From an uncultured bacterium (GTDB taxonomy: Bacteria > Arandabacterota > Arandabacteria > Arandabacterales > JALGWA01), in the NCBI GenBank assembly GCA_964604955.1, contig CAZSBE010000002.1, forward strand, positions 194 to 64,193: 64,000 bases of DNA. Reading direction: 5' to 3'. The position numbers were made by a program, and so were the translations under genes. The notes beneath the pieces are model-generated. The model worked only from the letters and a program-made list of their open reading frames with translations, had not been told where the DNA came from and made no database searches. Of this stretch, positions 26,159 to 34,877 are shown piece by piece; position 1 is the first letter of the stretch; the number at the start of each line of letters is the position of its first letter.

Positions 26159-26917
26159 CTAGAGCGTCTTAAGATACTCGACGAGGTCGGCGGTCTCCTT
26201 CCCGGAGAGCGAGTTAAAGGACGGCATCGTGCCGACCGGTTCCCTGAGCTGGCTTATCACGTTCTCCACGGTGGCCGGCCTGCCGCTCTCCGGAAGCGCG
26301 TCCTTCTTTAAGAAGCCCTTCAGGCCGGGCGCATAGCCGGACTCGTCATTGTCGGTCGCGTGGCATGAGCTGCAGTGAGCCTCGAAAACCAGGCGCCCGG
26401 CGGCCGCCTCTCCCAGGGCTGATCCTCCCGCGGCCGTTCCGACCGCACCCTCACCTGCCGCGCCCTCACCCACCGCGACTTCACCTTCCGCGCCGGCGCC
26501 GCCGGAGGCGGCTTCCCGCACGAAGAAATAGCCCGCTGAAGTGCCTGCGACGACTACGGCCAGCACGAAAGCGATAATGCCCATTGGCGGCACGAAGTTG
26601 AGCAGGCCCTTGAACCACCTGACGATCGTTATCTTCACCGCCAGCACGCCGATCAGGGCAAGCGCCGCAACGCCGTGCAGGGCGGCGCGATTCGAGATCC
26701 GGTCGCCGACACGCGCCACATAATGAATGCAGATGATACTGGTTACGATCAGCAGGATTATGAAGATCCACCCCATGGCCCTGTGCAGCCTGCGGAGCGA
26801 CAGCGGACTCGTTTTGTGCTCCGTCACTCCCATGAGGCTCAGCATCGCGAGTACGGCCGCGGCGCCCGCAGCCATGAAGACGACCGCGAGAATGGATTTA
26901 AGCATGAACATCGACAT
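26159..26917 (-). CDS. Four-TM membrane protein with C-terminal c-type cytochrome domain
   Basis: Four hydrophobic helices containing conserved His residues, a Gly/Ala/Glu-rich linker, and a CSSCH haem motif. Confidence 0.65.
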   Translation of the reverse strand: MSMFMLKSILAVVFMAAGAAAVLAMLSLMGVTEHKTSPLSLRRLHRAMGWIFIILLIVTSIICIHYVARVGDRISNRAALHGVAALALIGVLAVKITIVRWFKGLLNFVPPMGIIAFVLAVVVAGTSAGYFFVREAASGGAGAEGEVAVGEGAAGEGAVGTAAGGSALGEAAAGRLVFEAHCSSCHATDNDESGYAPGLKGFLKKDALPESGRPATVENVISQLREPVGTMPSFNSLSGKETADLVEYLKTL

Positions 26918-27060
26918 GGGCCCTCACCTCCGTGTCTCCGGCGGAGTAATCCACTGCTTCCAGTTACTCTCTTGGATGCTCGCCGTGATTATCCGGATGG
27001 TAACGTCCCTGAGTGCCAATCGCCCCGCAACCCCAGTATGAGGCGAGGCCCTGTCAGGAA

Positions 27061-28218
27061 TCAAGGTGTTTTTCGGCCGGTGTGCTCTCGCGGCTGGGTC
27101 TTCTCGGGCTCGGGTTCGAACCAGTGGCCGACTATGCGCTGGCCGCAATGGGCGCAGACTCCGTCCAGCGGCTTGCCGCTGGCTGACCTGTGACCGCCAT
27201 AAGCGTCGTCGGCATCGCGCTCGCGTATGTAGTTGGCGAACACCGCCCTGTTGGCCCGGCCCACGACAACGCGACCGCATTTGGGACAGTAGGTGTTCTC
27301 GCCGGGATAGCCAGGCACGTTTCCCGTGTAGACATAAAGCAGCCCGACGTCGATTCCTATTCTGCGCGCCCGGTCCAGGGTCTCGACCGGGGTCTCGGGC
27401 ACGCCGGGCAGCCCGGGCTGCGGAACGAAGCGCGTGACATGCCAGGGGGTCCGCTTACCGAGCCTCGTGGCTATCCAGGTCGCAAGTCTCCCGAGCTCGA
27501 TGTCCGCGTCGTTTATGCCGGGAATCACGTTGGTCACGACTTCGACGTGAGCCTTGTACCTGCTCTTGATCCTCAGGGCGTTCTCCAGGATGATCTCATA
27601 GTCGTCTATTCCCGCTATCTTCGAGTAAGACTCGGCCGAGAATCCCTTGAGGTCGAACCTGTAGACGTCCAGGTGGCGCCCGATGAGATCGAGAGCGTCA
27701 TGCGTCATGTAACCGTTCGTCACGTAACTGGTGTAGAGGTTCTCCCTCCGGGCCAGGTCGCTGGTCTCGATCGTGTATTCGAGCCACATGGTCGGCTCGT
27801 TATAGGTCCAGGATATGCCCTGGCAGCCCTTGGCGAGGGCTTCATCCACGACCTCTCCCGGTTCCATGTACCTGGCTTGCCCGAGACCGTCCGCGCAGGG
27901 GTCGGCGCATGCGATTTCATGATTCTGGCAGCCGGAGCATCTGAAGTTGCAGCCCAGGCCTCCGAGCGAAAGCCACCTGGAGCCGGGGAGGAAATGGAAG
28001 ATGGGCTTGGCCTCGATCGGGGCCACGGCAATAGTCGAGACCGCGCCGTGGACTATGCCCCTGACCGTTCCCCTGTCGTTCCGCCTGGTCCTGCAGAACC
28101 CGCACTCGCCCGGCGCAATGACGCAATGTCGCCCGCACATCATGCAACGGGCGCTCCCGTCCTGGAGCGTCTCCTGAAGAGCGGTCTTCACTTCCGTCCT
28201 GGGATCGGTCTTTTCCAT
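27061..28218 (-). CDS. Radical SAM enzyme, PflA-like (AmmeMemoRadiSam-type core) with N- and C-terminal Cys-rich zinc-ribbon-like segments
   Basis: CNFRCSGCQN (CX3CX2C) radical SAM cluster motif. N-terminal CMMCGRHC...CGFC. C-terminal CPKCG...CAHCG. Confidence 0.7.
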   Translation of the reverse strand: MEKTDPRTEVKTALQETLQDGSARCMMCGRHCVIAPGECGFCRTRRNDRGTVRGIVHGAVSTIAVAPIEAKPIFHFLPGSRWLSLGGLGCNFRCSGCQNHEIACADPCADGLGQARYMEPGEVVDEALAKGCQGISWTYNEPTMWLEYTIETSDLARRENLYTSYVTNGYMTHDALDLIGRHLDVYRFDLKGFSAESYSKIAGIDDYEIILENALRIKSRYKAHVEVVTNVIPGINDADIELGRLATWIATRLGKRTPWHVTRFVPQPGLPGVPETPVETLDRARRIGIDVGLLYVYTGNVPGYPGENTYCPKCGRVVVGRANRAVFANYIRERDADDAYGGHRSASGKPLDGVCAHCGQRIVGHWFEPEPEKTQPREHTGRKTP

Positions 28219-28244
28219 TCCTGTTTCCCTGAGTGATCTCGCCG

Positions 28245-28814
28245 TCAGAGCGGGCGCGCCCTGAGGATCACCACCCTGTACAGACCTCCATAATACCTCA
28301 GTATCTCCTTGTTCGCCCCCAGTTTCTCGATATATGCATAATCGAGGTTCCTGGAACCGTAGAGGGTGCGCCCCAAGCGGTTGATGACGTGGTCCCAGAT
28401 GAAACGCGGGATATAGAAGGGCCTGTCATAGTCAATGATCACCACTCTCGAAGAAACCCTCAGGGCTTCCCTGACGGCGTCTGCAGGGCTCTTGAGCCCG
28501 CGAAGCACATAGCAGAACACCGACGTATCGAAACTCCCGTCCCTCAGCGGAAGCCGCGCGGCGTCACCGGCGACAAGCCCCACCTCCCGGAACCTGGATC
28601 GCGTGAACTCCAGCATATCGAGCGAAGTGTCCACCCCGACCCGCACGGGAGCGGCCAGGAGATTCATGTTCTTGCCGGATCCCACGCCGATCTCAAGCAG
28701 CGAAGAAGACTCGAGCCGCGGGAAGACCTTGCCCCTCACCCTGTCCGCAAGCGACAGGGAGAGCGCGGAGTCCAGGAAGTTGTAAACGCAGGGATGTCTG
28801 TAAATCCATCTCAT
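28245..28814 (-). CDS. Class I SAM-dependent methyltransferase
   Basis: Motif I LEIGVGSGKN with a downstream acidic motif. The start is MRWIYRHP. It is translationally coupled to the GNAT gene. Confidence 0.7.
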   Translation of the reverse strand: MRWIYRHPCVYNFLDSALSLSLADRVRGKVFPRLESSSLLEIGVGSGKNMNLLAAPVRVGVDTSLDMLEFTRSRFREVGLVAGDAARLPLRDGSFDTSVFCYVLRGLKSPADAVREALRVSSRVVIIDYDRPFYIPRFIWDHVINRLGRTLYGSRNLDYAYIEKLGANKEILRYYGGLYRVVILRARPL

Positions 28815-28840
28815 GCTTCTGCCTGCCCCCGCCGGAAGCG

Positions 28841-29722
28841 TCACCTGCGGCGAAGCCGCTCGCCGCCGAGCTCGTATATGACCTGGCCGGCCGTCTCGCT
28901 CTTATCGTAGACGGACCGACGCAACAGTCTCGCATAGTACGTGGTCGGCACGGCGGCCGAGCAGTACTTGAGGCCGCCGGCGGCCGCCATGTAGAACGCG
29001 TTTCTCGCGAGCGCCTTTATGGCGGTCACGTTGCCGTCCACGAACCCGAGCGATACCAGGTCTGAATCCTCCTCCTGGTCGATCGTGTAAACAGCGAGGC
29101 CCGATATCCCGCCCTTCCCGTCAATGATCGTGACCGCCCCGCTCTTGATATAGTCCCTCAGGAGGCGGGCGGAGAACTCGCGGAACACCCAGCCCTCGGC
29201 GATCAGTCCCCTGGAGGCCTTCAGAAACTTCGAGCTCTTCATGAAATCATAGACAGCCTCGAAGTCGTCCATGCCCGCGACCCTTCCCCTCACTCTGCCC
29301 TTCCGCGACCTGACCCAGAAGAAACGAAAGCGCGCCACCAGCTCGAATCCGAACTTCTCGCCTATGCGCCGGCTGGCCCGGTTACGCGTATTGGTGCAGA
29401 AGCGGACTGCGCGCGGGTTCATGCGTTTCACCGTGCGCAGCACCTCGTTGTTTATTTCGTTCGCAATCCCCTTCTTCCTGAGGTGCGGCGCGACCCTCAG
29501 GCCCTGAAGCCACACTTCCCCCTTCGCAAACTCGCTTACCTTCGCGATGCCGACCGGTTTCCCTTCGAGCTCCGCCAGAATGAACCTGCCGCCCTTTTCC
29601 TTGATCCACCTGTCCCAGACCAGCTGGATGTAGTCACCGAAACCCGGCCACGTGTTCCTGCAGAAATCAAACACGGCCTCCCGGTCGGAAGGGCGCGCGT
29701 CTCTCAGTTCAAGATATTTCAT
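28841..29722 (-). CDS. GNAT-family N-acetyltransferase (tandem acyl-CoA N-acyltransferase fold)
   Basis: 293 aa. GNAT motif A-like segment QGLRVAPHLRKKGIANE. It overlaps the methyltransferase gene by 4 nt. Confidence 0.6.
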   Translation of the reverse strand: MKYLELRDARPSDREAVFDFCRNTWPGFGDYIQLVWDRWIKEKGGRFILAELEGKPVGIAKVSEFAKGEVWLQGLRVAPHLRKKGIANEINNEVLRTVKRMNPRAVRFCTNTRNRASRRIGEKFGFELVARFRFFWVRSRKGRVRGRVAGMDDFEAVYDFMKSSKFLKASRGLIAEGWVFREFSARLLRDYIKSGAVTIIDGKGGISGLAVYTIDQEEDSDLVSLGFVDGNVTAIKALARNAFYMAAAGGLKYCSAAVPTTYYARLLRRSVYDKSETAGQVIYELGGERLRRR

Positions 29723-29736
29723 GTGCCTCTCTTGCC

Positions 29737-30600
29737 TCAGTCCGCGGCGCCTTTCCGCGTGAGAAGCGAATAGACGTCGCCTCGCCTGAGCCCGTATCTC
29801 GCCGCAATCGTCTTCGCGGCCTCAGACTTTCTCATTCCGCTCTCTATGAGCCCGACAGCTTCATCGCGCAGGGCATCGAAGTCGACTCGCCCTCCCGGGC
29901 CGGCACGGGTGCCTGCGCCCGCCCCCTCGCAGACGATCACGAACTCTCCCCGCGGCCTCGTCTGGGAGTACTCCCGCGCGAGACCGGCGAGCCTGCCCCT
30001 CGACATCTCCTCATACATCTTAGTGATTTCGCGTGCAACAAGGCAATTCCTGTCGCCAAGCACCTCCGCCATATCCGCAAGGCAGGCGGCCAGCCGGTGC
30101 GGCGCCTCGAAAAACACAAGCAGCCTGTCGTCATCGGCGAGCTCGGCGAGTCTCTTCAGGCGCCTGGCCCTCCGGCGCGGAAGGAAGCCCTCGAAAACGA
30201 AGCGCGCCTCGCCCATGCCCGCCGCCGAGACGGCGGCGACTGCGGCGCTCGCGCCGGGCACGGGTACGACCGCGAATCCCCCGCGGTACGCCGCGTCGAC
30301 CAGGTCCCTGCCCGGGTCGGATATCCCGGGCGTGCCGGCCTCCGCCACAAGGGCGACGCTCTCCCCGCCGGCGAGGGTCTCCATGATCTTCGGAATGGCC
30401 CGACGGGAGTTGGCCTCCCTGTAGCTCCTCACAGGGGTCCTGAGGCCGTAATGGGAGAGAAGGTTCTTCGTCTTCCTGACGTTTTCGGAAACGATGAAGG
30501 TGACGCTACCGAGAACCTCTATTGCTCTGTAGGTTATGTCGCTGAGATTGCCAATGGGGGTGGCGACAACAAAAAGCGAAGCCTGTTTTCTGCGAGGCAT
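29737..30600 (-). CDS. rsmI: 16S rRNA (cytidine1402-2'-O)-methyltransferase
   Basis: N-terminal LFVVATPIGNLSDIT tetrapyrrole-methylase motif, overall RsmI similarity, and the C-terminal ...EFVIV segment. Confidence 0.85.
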   Translation of the reverse strand: MPRRKQASLFVVATPIGNLSDITYRAIEVLGSVTFIVSENVRKTKNLLSHYGLRTPVRSYREANSRRAIPKIMETLAGGESVALVAEAGTPGISDPGRDLVDAAYRGGFAVVPVPGASAAVAAVSAAGMGEARFVFEGFLPRRRARRLKRLAELADDDRLLVFFEAPHRLAACLADMAEVLGDRNCLVAREITKMYEEMSRGRLAGLAREYSQTRPRGEFVIVCEGAGAGTRAGPGGRVDFDALRDEAVGLIESGMRKSEAAKTIAARYGLRRGDVYSLLTRKGAAD

Positions 30601-30613
30601 AAGTGTAGGCGTC

Positions 30614-30820
30614 CTACGCCGGTCCCTTGAAAAGCATCAGGTGATCCAGAAGTCGCTCCTGTTCCTCCGCGAGCTGCTTGGCTGCGTCAAAATCCCCTTT
30701 CTCGAGCGCGGCCTGCATCCTCCGGTCTATTCCCTCAATCTTCCGTGCAAGCGACCTGGTATTTTTGCTGGCGCCGGATTTGTTCGCCTTAGAAGCTCTG
30801 GCGGTCCTAGTGCTTGGCAT
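30614..30820 (-). CDS. Small basic/coiled hypothetical protein (68 aa)
   Basis: It is tightly packed between rsmI and recJ on the same strand. I could not recognise a family. Confidence 0.3.
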   Translation of the reverse strand: MPSTRTARASKANKSGASKNTRSLARKIEGIDRRMQAALEKGDFDAAKQLAEEQERLLDHLMLFKGPA

Positions 30821-30844
30821 TCTCGTGAGCCTGAACCCCCCTTC

Positions 30845-32509
30845 CTACGACGACTTCTTGAAGTCGATCATGTCGATCAGCCTTACACTTCCTTCACTGA
30901 ACGGACTGAACGCGAGACTCACCTTCTCTCCCGACTTCAAGAAATCCATAGCTCCGGAATCCTCGCTCGATACTGCGACTTCCCCAAGCCTCCACTGCCC
31001 ATCAATCTCTTTAAACACACTTCGGTCCAAAGATTCAAGCACAAAAACCGGGCGCGGGTTGCATTCCCCGAAAGGTTCGAGGCGCATTAGCGCCCTGAAG
31101 GTGTCGATCCGCATGTCATCATGTTTGAGTTTAGCTTCAATGCTGATTTCTTTAATGAGAATCCTGGGATCGATCCTCGCCTCGAGAAAAGAAGAGAAAC
31201 CTTCGAGCATTGCGCCGGCGTTAGCGGGGTCGATAGAGAAACCCGCCGCCTGCTTATGGCCGCCATAACCGAGGAGGAGACTCTTGTTCGCGGTCAGGGC
31301 CTCAACGAGGTCGATTCCCTTGGGGGCGCGGGCCTCGCCGATGCTCTTGTCACCCTTGGTGGCGATTATGAGAACGGGCTTGTTCTCCCGGTCCGCGATT
31401 CTCGAGGCGCAGTACCCGACGGTCTTGTCGGGGAGGTTATCGACGCTGAAGGCGATCACCTTCGCATCGCCGAAATCGCGCGCCTCGAACTCCTCTATCA
31501 CCCTGCTGAACGCCCTGCGCGCCTTCTCCTTCTTCCGCTCCCGCTCCAGAACCAGCGTGCCGAATATCTCCTCGGCGTCCTCTTCCTCCGTCGAGAGCAG
31601 GAGTTCGCATCCGAGGTTGCCGCCCTCGCTGGAACGCGAAGCCCCGATCAGCGGAACGATCTTGGCGAGAATCTCCGTCATGGTCGAGTCCTCGTCGACC
31701 CATATGTGGGACCGCAGGGTGACGAAAGGCGTGATCTTCCTGCTGGCGATCTGCCGCACTCCGTGATAGACGATGATGCGGTTTTCGCCGACCAGGGGGA
31801 CGCGGTCGGCGAAAGTTCCGAGCGCGGCCATGCCGAGCATCCCGTCCATGGAAGGGGGGCTGCCGGTCTTCCGGTATGACTCGGCGAAGATCTCCATGAA
31901 CCTGTAGGCAACGCCGCATCCGGCAAGGTCCCGGAATCCGTACTTCGAGTCGGAGCGCTTCGGGTCTATCACGGCAACCGCAGGCGGTATCTCCGCGGGG
32001 GGTTCGTGGTGGTCTGTGATGATAGTGTCTATTCCGAGCTCGCTGGCGTACGCGACCTCATCCCTGCAGGAGACGCCGCAGTCGACCGTGATTATGAGCG
32101 AGACGCCCATCCCTTTGAAACGGTCGATGAGATGCCTGGAAAGCCCGAGGCCCTCGGTGGGCGAGTCCGGAATGTAATACGACACGTCCGCGCCGATTTC
32201 TTTCAAGGACCCGAAGACGATGGTCGTGGCCGTTATGCCGTCCGCGTCGTCATGGCCGAGAACGGCGATGTGCTCATCGTCGAATACCGCTTTCATGAGC
32301 CTCTCGACCGCCGCCGCCGCGTCCGGAAGCAGCATGCCGTCCGACAAGTCCGCGAGCGCCGGGTCGAGAAAGCTCCGCGCACCGGACTCGTCTACGATGC
32401 CGCGCGCGGCCATCACCGTCGCCGTTATCGGAGTCACGTCGAGAGAATATTCGAGTCTCTTTATGTCGGCGGGCTCCGGTTTTTCTATCTTCCAGCGGTA
32501 CTTTGCCAT
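30845..32509 (-). CDS. recJ: Single-stranded-DNA-specific exonuclease RecJ
   Basis: DHH motifs VLGHDDADGITA and IITDHHEPP. DHHA1 region GGHKQAAG. Confidence 0.9.
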   Translation of the reverse strand: MAKYRWKIEKPEPADIKRLEYSLDVTPITATVMAARGIVDESGARSFLDPALADLSDGMLLPDAAAAVERLMKAVFDDEHIAVLGHDDADGITATTIVFGSLKEIGADVSYYIPDSPTEGLGLSRHLIDRFKGMGVSLIITVDCGVSCRDEVAYASELGIDTIITDHHEPPAEIPPAVAVIDPKRSDSKYGFRDLAGCGVAYRFMEIFAESYRKTGSPPSMDGMLGMAALGTFADRVPLVGENRIIVYHGVRQIASRKITPFVTLRSHIWVDEDSTMTEILAKIVPLIGASRSSEGGNLGCELLLSTEEEDAEEIFGTLVLERERKKEKARRAFSRVIEEFEARDFGDAKVIAFSVDNLPDKTVGYCASRIADRENKPVLIIATKGDKSIGEARAPKGIDLVEALTANKSLLLGYGGHKQAAGFSIDPANAGAMLEGFSSFLEARIDPRILIKEISIEAKLKHDDMRIDTFRALMRLEPFGECNPRPVFVLESLDRSVFKEIDGQWRLGEVAVSSEDSGAMDFLKSGEKVSLAFSPFSEGSVRLIDMIDFKKSS

Positions 32510-32516
32510 TAGTTGT

Positions 32517-33563
32517 CTATGCGGGTCCAGCGAAGACCTTTTCGAACGCCATAGTCGCCCGGTCTATGTCATCATCGTCTATGTCAAGATGCGTGACCGC
32601 TCTTATCGTAGTGCCGCCAAACGGTAGCACGAGGATTCCCTCTTCCTCAAGCCTTAAAATCGCCTCGTCCATACCCAGACCGCTGCCCGCGACGTCAACC
32701 ACGACGATGTTAGTCTGCACCGTCTCGAGATCGATGGCGACGCCCGGAACCCCGGAGACGGACTCGGCGAGCCTGCGCGCGCGCGCGTTGTCATCCGCGA
32801 GGCGCCCGATGTTGTTCTCGAGCGCGTAGACGCCCGCGGCGGCGATAATGCCCGCCTGTCTCATGCCGCCGCCCAAGAGCTTCCTGTTCCGGTGGGCCCG
32901 CTTTATGAAATCCCGGTCGCCGACCACCACCGACCCTATCGGCGCGCCGAGGCCCTTCGATAGACAGAACATCATTGAATCGCAGAGCGCGCAGTATTCC
33001 CCCGCATCGATTCCCGAAGCCACGGCCGCGTTGAATATTCTCGCGCCGTCGAGATGCACCTTGAGGCCCCTCGCCTCCGCCAGGCCATAGATCTCGCGCA
33101 TTGTCTCCAGCGGATAGACCACTCCGCCCGCCCTGTTGTGAGTATTCTCCAGACAGATGAGACGGGTTACGGGCTCGTGCGGGTCATCGGGGCGTATGGC
33201 CTTCTCGATCCTTGCGGCCGTGAGTATGCCCATCTCCCCGGTGAGCGGAGCCAGCTGCACACCGCACAGTACGGCGGGCCCTGCCGCCTCATAGTTGTAA
33301 ATGTGCGAGCCCGTCTCGACGATAGCTTCGTCGCCGCGCCTCGTGTGAGCCATGACGGCGACTTCATTCCCCATGCTTCCGCTCGGCACGAAAAGGGCGG
33401 CTTCACGGCCGGTTATCTCGGCGGCACGGCGCTCGAGCTCGTTGACGGTCGGATCGTCGCCGAAGACATCGTCGCCTACGACGGCCTCCGCGATGGCCCG
33501 GCGCATCTCAGGCGTCGGCCTCGTGACGGTATCGCTTCTCAAATCCACGGGATTATGCGGCAT
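32517..33563 (-). CDS. ltaE: Low-specificity L-threonine aldolase (beta-eliminating lyase family)
   Basis: It starts MPHNPVDLRSDTVTRPTPEM. PLP-lysine context CLSKGLGAPIGS. The longer ORF-track start has no support. Confidence 0.85.
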   Translation of the reverse strand: MPHNPVDLRSDTVTRPTPEMRRAIAEAVVGDDVFGDDPTVNELERRAAEITGREAALFVPSGSMGNEVAVMAHTRRGDEAIVETGSHIYNYEAAGPAVLCGVQLAPLTGEMGILTAARIEKAIRPDDPHEPVTRLICLENTHNRAGGVVYPLETMREIYGLAEARGLKVHLDGARIFNAAVASGIDAGEYCALCDSMMFCLSKGLGAPIGSVVVGDRDFIKRAHRNRKLLGGGMRQAGIIAAAGVYALENNIGRLADDNARARRLAESVSGVPGVAIDLETVQTNIVVVDVAGSGLGMDEAILRLEEEGILVLPFGGTTIRAVTHLDIDDDDIDRATMAFEKVFAGPA

Positions 33564-33616
33564 CGGATATCCTTTCCAGAAAACACTACAGGGGGAAGTA
33601 TACGAATCGCGGCCGC

Positions 33617-34687
33617 CTATGTCAACGCGGCCGCTCTCTCTCCTTCCCGGCCGGTGGCGATGTGGAAACACGTTTCGGCGAGACTGACGAGCTCGTGATA
33701 ACTCCAGTCGCCGCGGTCGTTGACGATCGTAAGCAGGTGCCCGGGCAGGCCCTCGAGCCCGAGATATGCGCCGCTTATCGCGCCTGCCATGGCGGCGGTG
33801 GTATCTACGTCCCCGCCGCAGCCGATCGATGTCTTGATCGTGGTCCAGTAGTCTTCCGGAGTTCTAAGGAAGGAGTAGAGGCTCCAGAGCACGCTCGGGA
33901 TCACGAAAGGAGATATGTACTTCCAGGCGTCTACGTGATCGGCCGCCACGCCGCACCTCGAGATCGGAATGACGGCCACTTCCGGCTCGAGCCTCGTCCA
34001 GATGGCCAGCTCCTCGATGTAGAGGGCGAACTCCTCATGATAGACCTGTACCCACTCGCCGAGCGTGCCCAGAAAAGCACCCATGTCCAGAGGATACGAG
34101 CGGGACGCCAGCGCGACCGCTCCGGCGATAGCCACCGACCCGGCGGAGCAGCGCTTGTCCATGTGAGTGATGCGCCCCTGATCGTATGCGACCTCAATCA
34201 TCCTCGCCGGGTCGTCGCCGTATATGAGCCCCACGGGGCCCGCCCGCATGGCCGTTCCGTTACCCGCGGACGGCGCGGGCTCCGCCGCCTCCGTCCAGGG
34301 AATGCCGCTCCTCAGGCGAAGAGCCGCCTGGAGGGTCGCGATCCCCGAACCGACCACGCGGTGTTCGGCGAAGATCTCGCAGATCCTCCTCGCGTAGTCC
34401 TCCGGAACGAATTCGCCGCAGGTCGCGTAGCTGATCATGAGCTCCCGCGCCAGCTGGGAGTCGTCGGTGTATTGCCCGAGGGTGTACGGCGAAATATCCA
34501 TCTTCTCGGGGCCGAAATCCCGGTTCATGAGCCCCTCCAGCACCTTCTCCACATACAGCGAGCAGGCGTCGGGCAGGGTTCCTTCAACCGGAAACCCGAG
34601 AGCGTCTCCCAGGCACTGGCCCAGCAGGCAACCCGCAAAGAGATCCTTCGAAGGGGTGCGCTTCCCCGGCTCTTTCTTCCCGTGCAT
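33617..34687 (-). CDS. ADP-ribosylglycohydrolase family protein
   Basis: GDALG motif near the N-terminus and DVDTTAAMAGA near the C-terminus. Confidence 0.8.
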   Translation of the reverse strand: MHGKKEPGKRTPSKDLFAGCLLGQCLGDALGFPVEGTLPDACSLYVEKVLEGLMNRDFGPEKMDISPYTLGQYTDDSQLARELMISYATCGEFVPEDYARRICEIFAEHRVVGSGIATLQAALRLRSGIPWTEAAEPAPSAGNGTAMRAGPVGLIYGDDPARMIEVAYDQGRITHMDKRCSAGSVAIAGAVALASRSYPLDMGAFLGTLGEWVQVYHEEFALYIEELAIWTRLEPEVAVIPISRCGVAADHVDAWKYISPFVIPSVLWSLYSFLRTPEDYWTTIKTSIGCGGDVDTTAAMAGAISGAYLGLEGLPGHLLTIVNDRGDWSYHELVSLAETCFHIATGREGERAAALT

Positions 34688-34877
34688 GGCCGCAGCTCCT
34701 GGCTTTCCCTGCCGCTAGATTCTCTACCGAGGGCTCGGGCGCGGATGGGCGTGAAGATCTCCGGGCCGGGCGCCTCAGGAATCCACAGGCGGGATTATAG
34801 CACATTCAGCGTCAATCCTCAATCCCGGCATTCCACGCGCAATACCCGACGTTTCAGTGGGGACGGGGAGCCGGTGC

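Noticed and set aside
26400-26520. Imperfect 15-18-bp tandem DNA repeats inside the membrane cytochrome c gene.
   Set aside because: They encode a Gly/Ala/Glu-rich flexible linker (GEGAAGEGAVG) between the TM region and the haem domain. This is a coding low-complexity linker, not a regulatory or mobile repeat.
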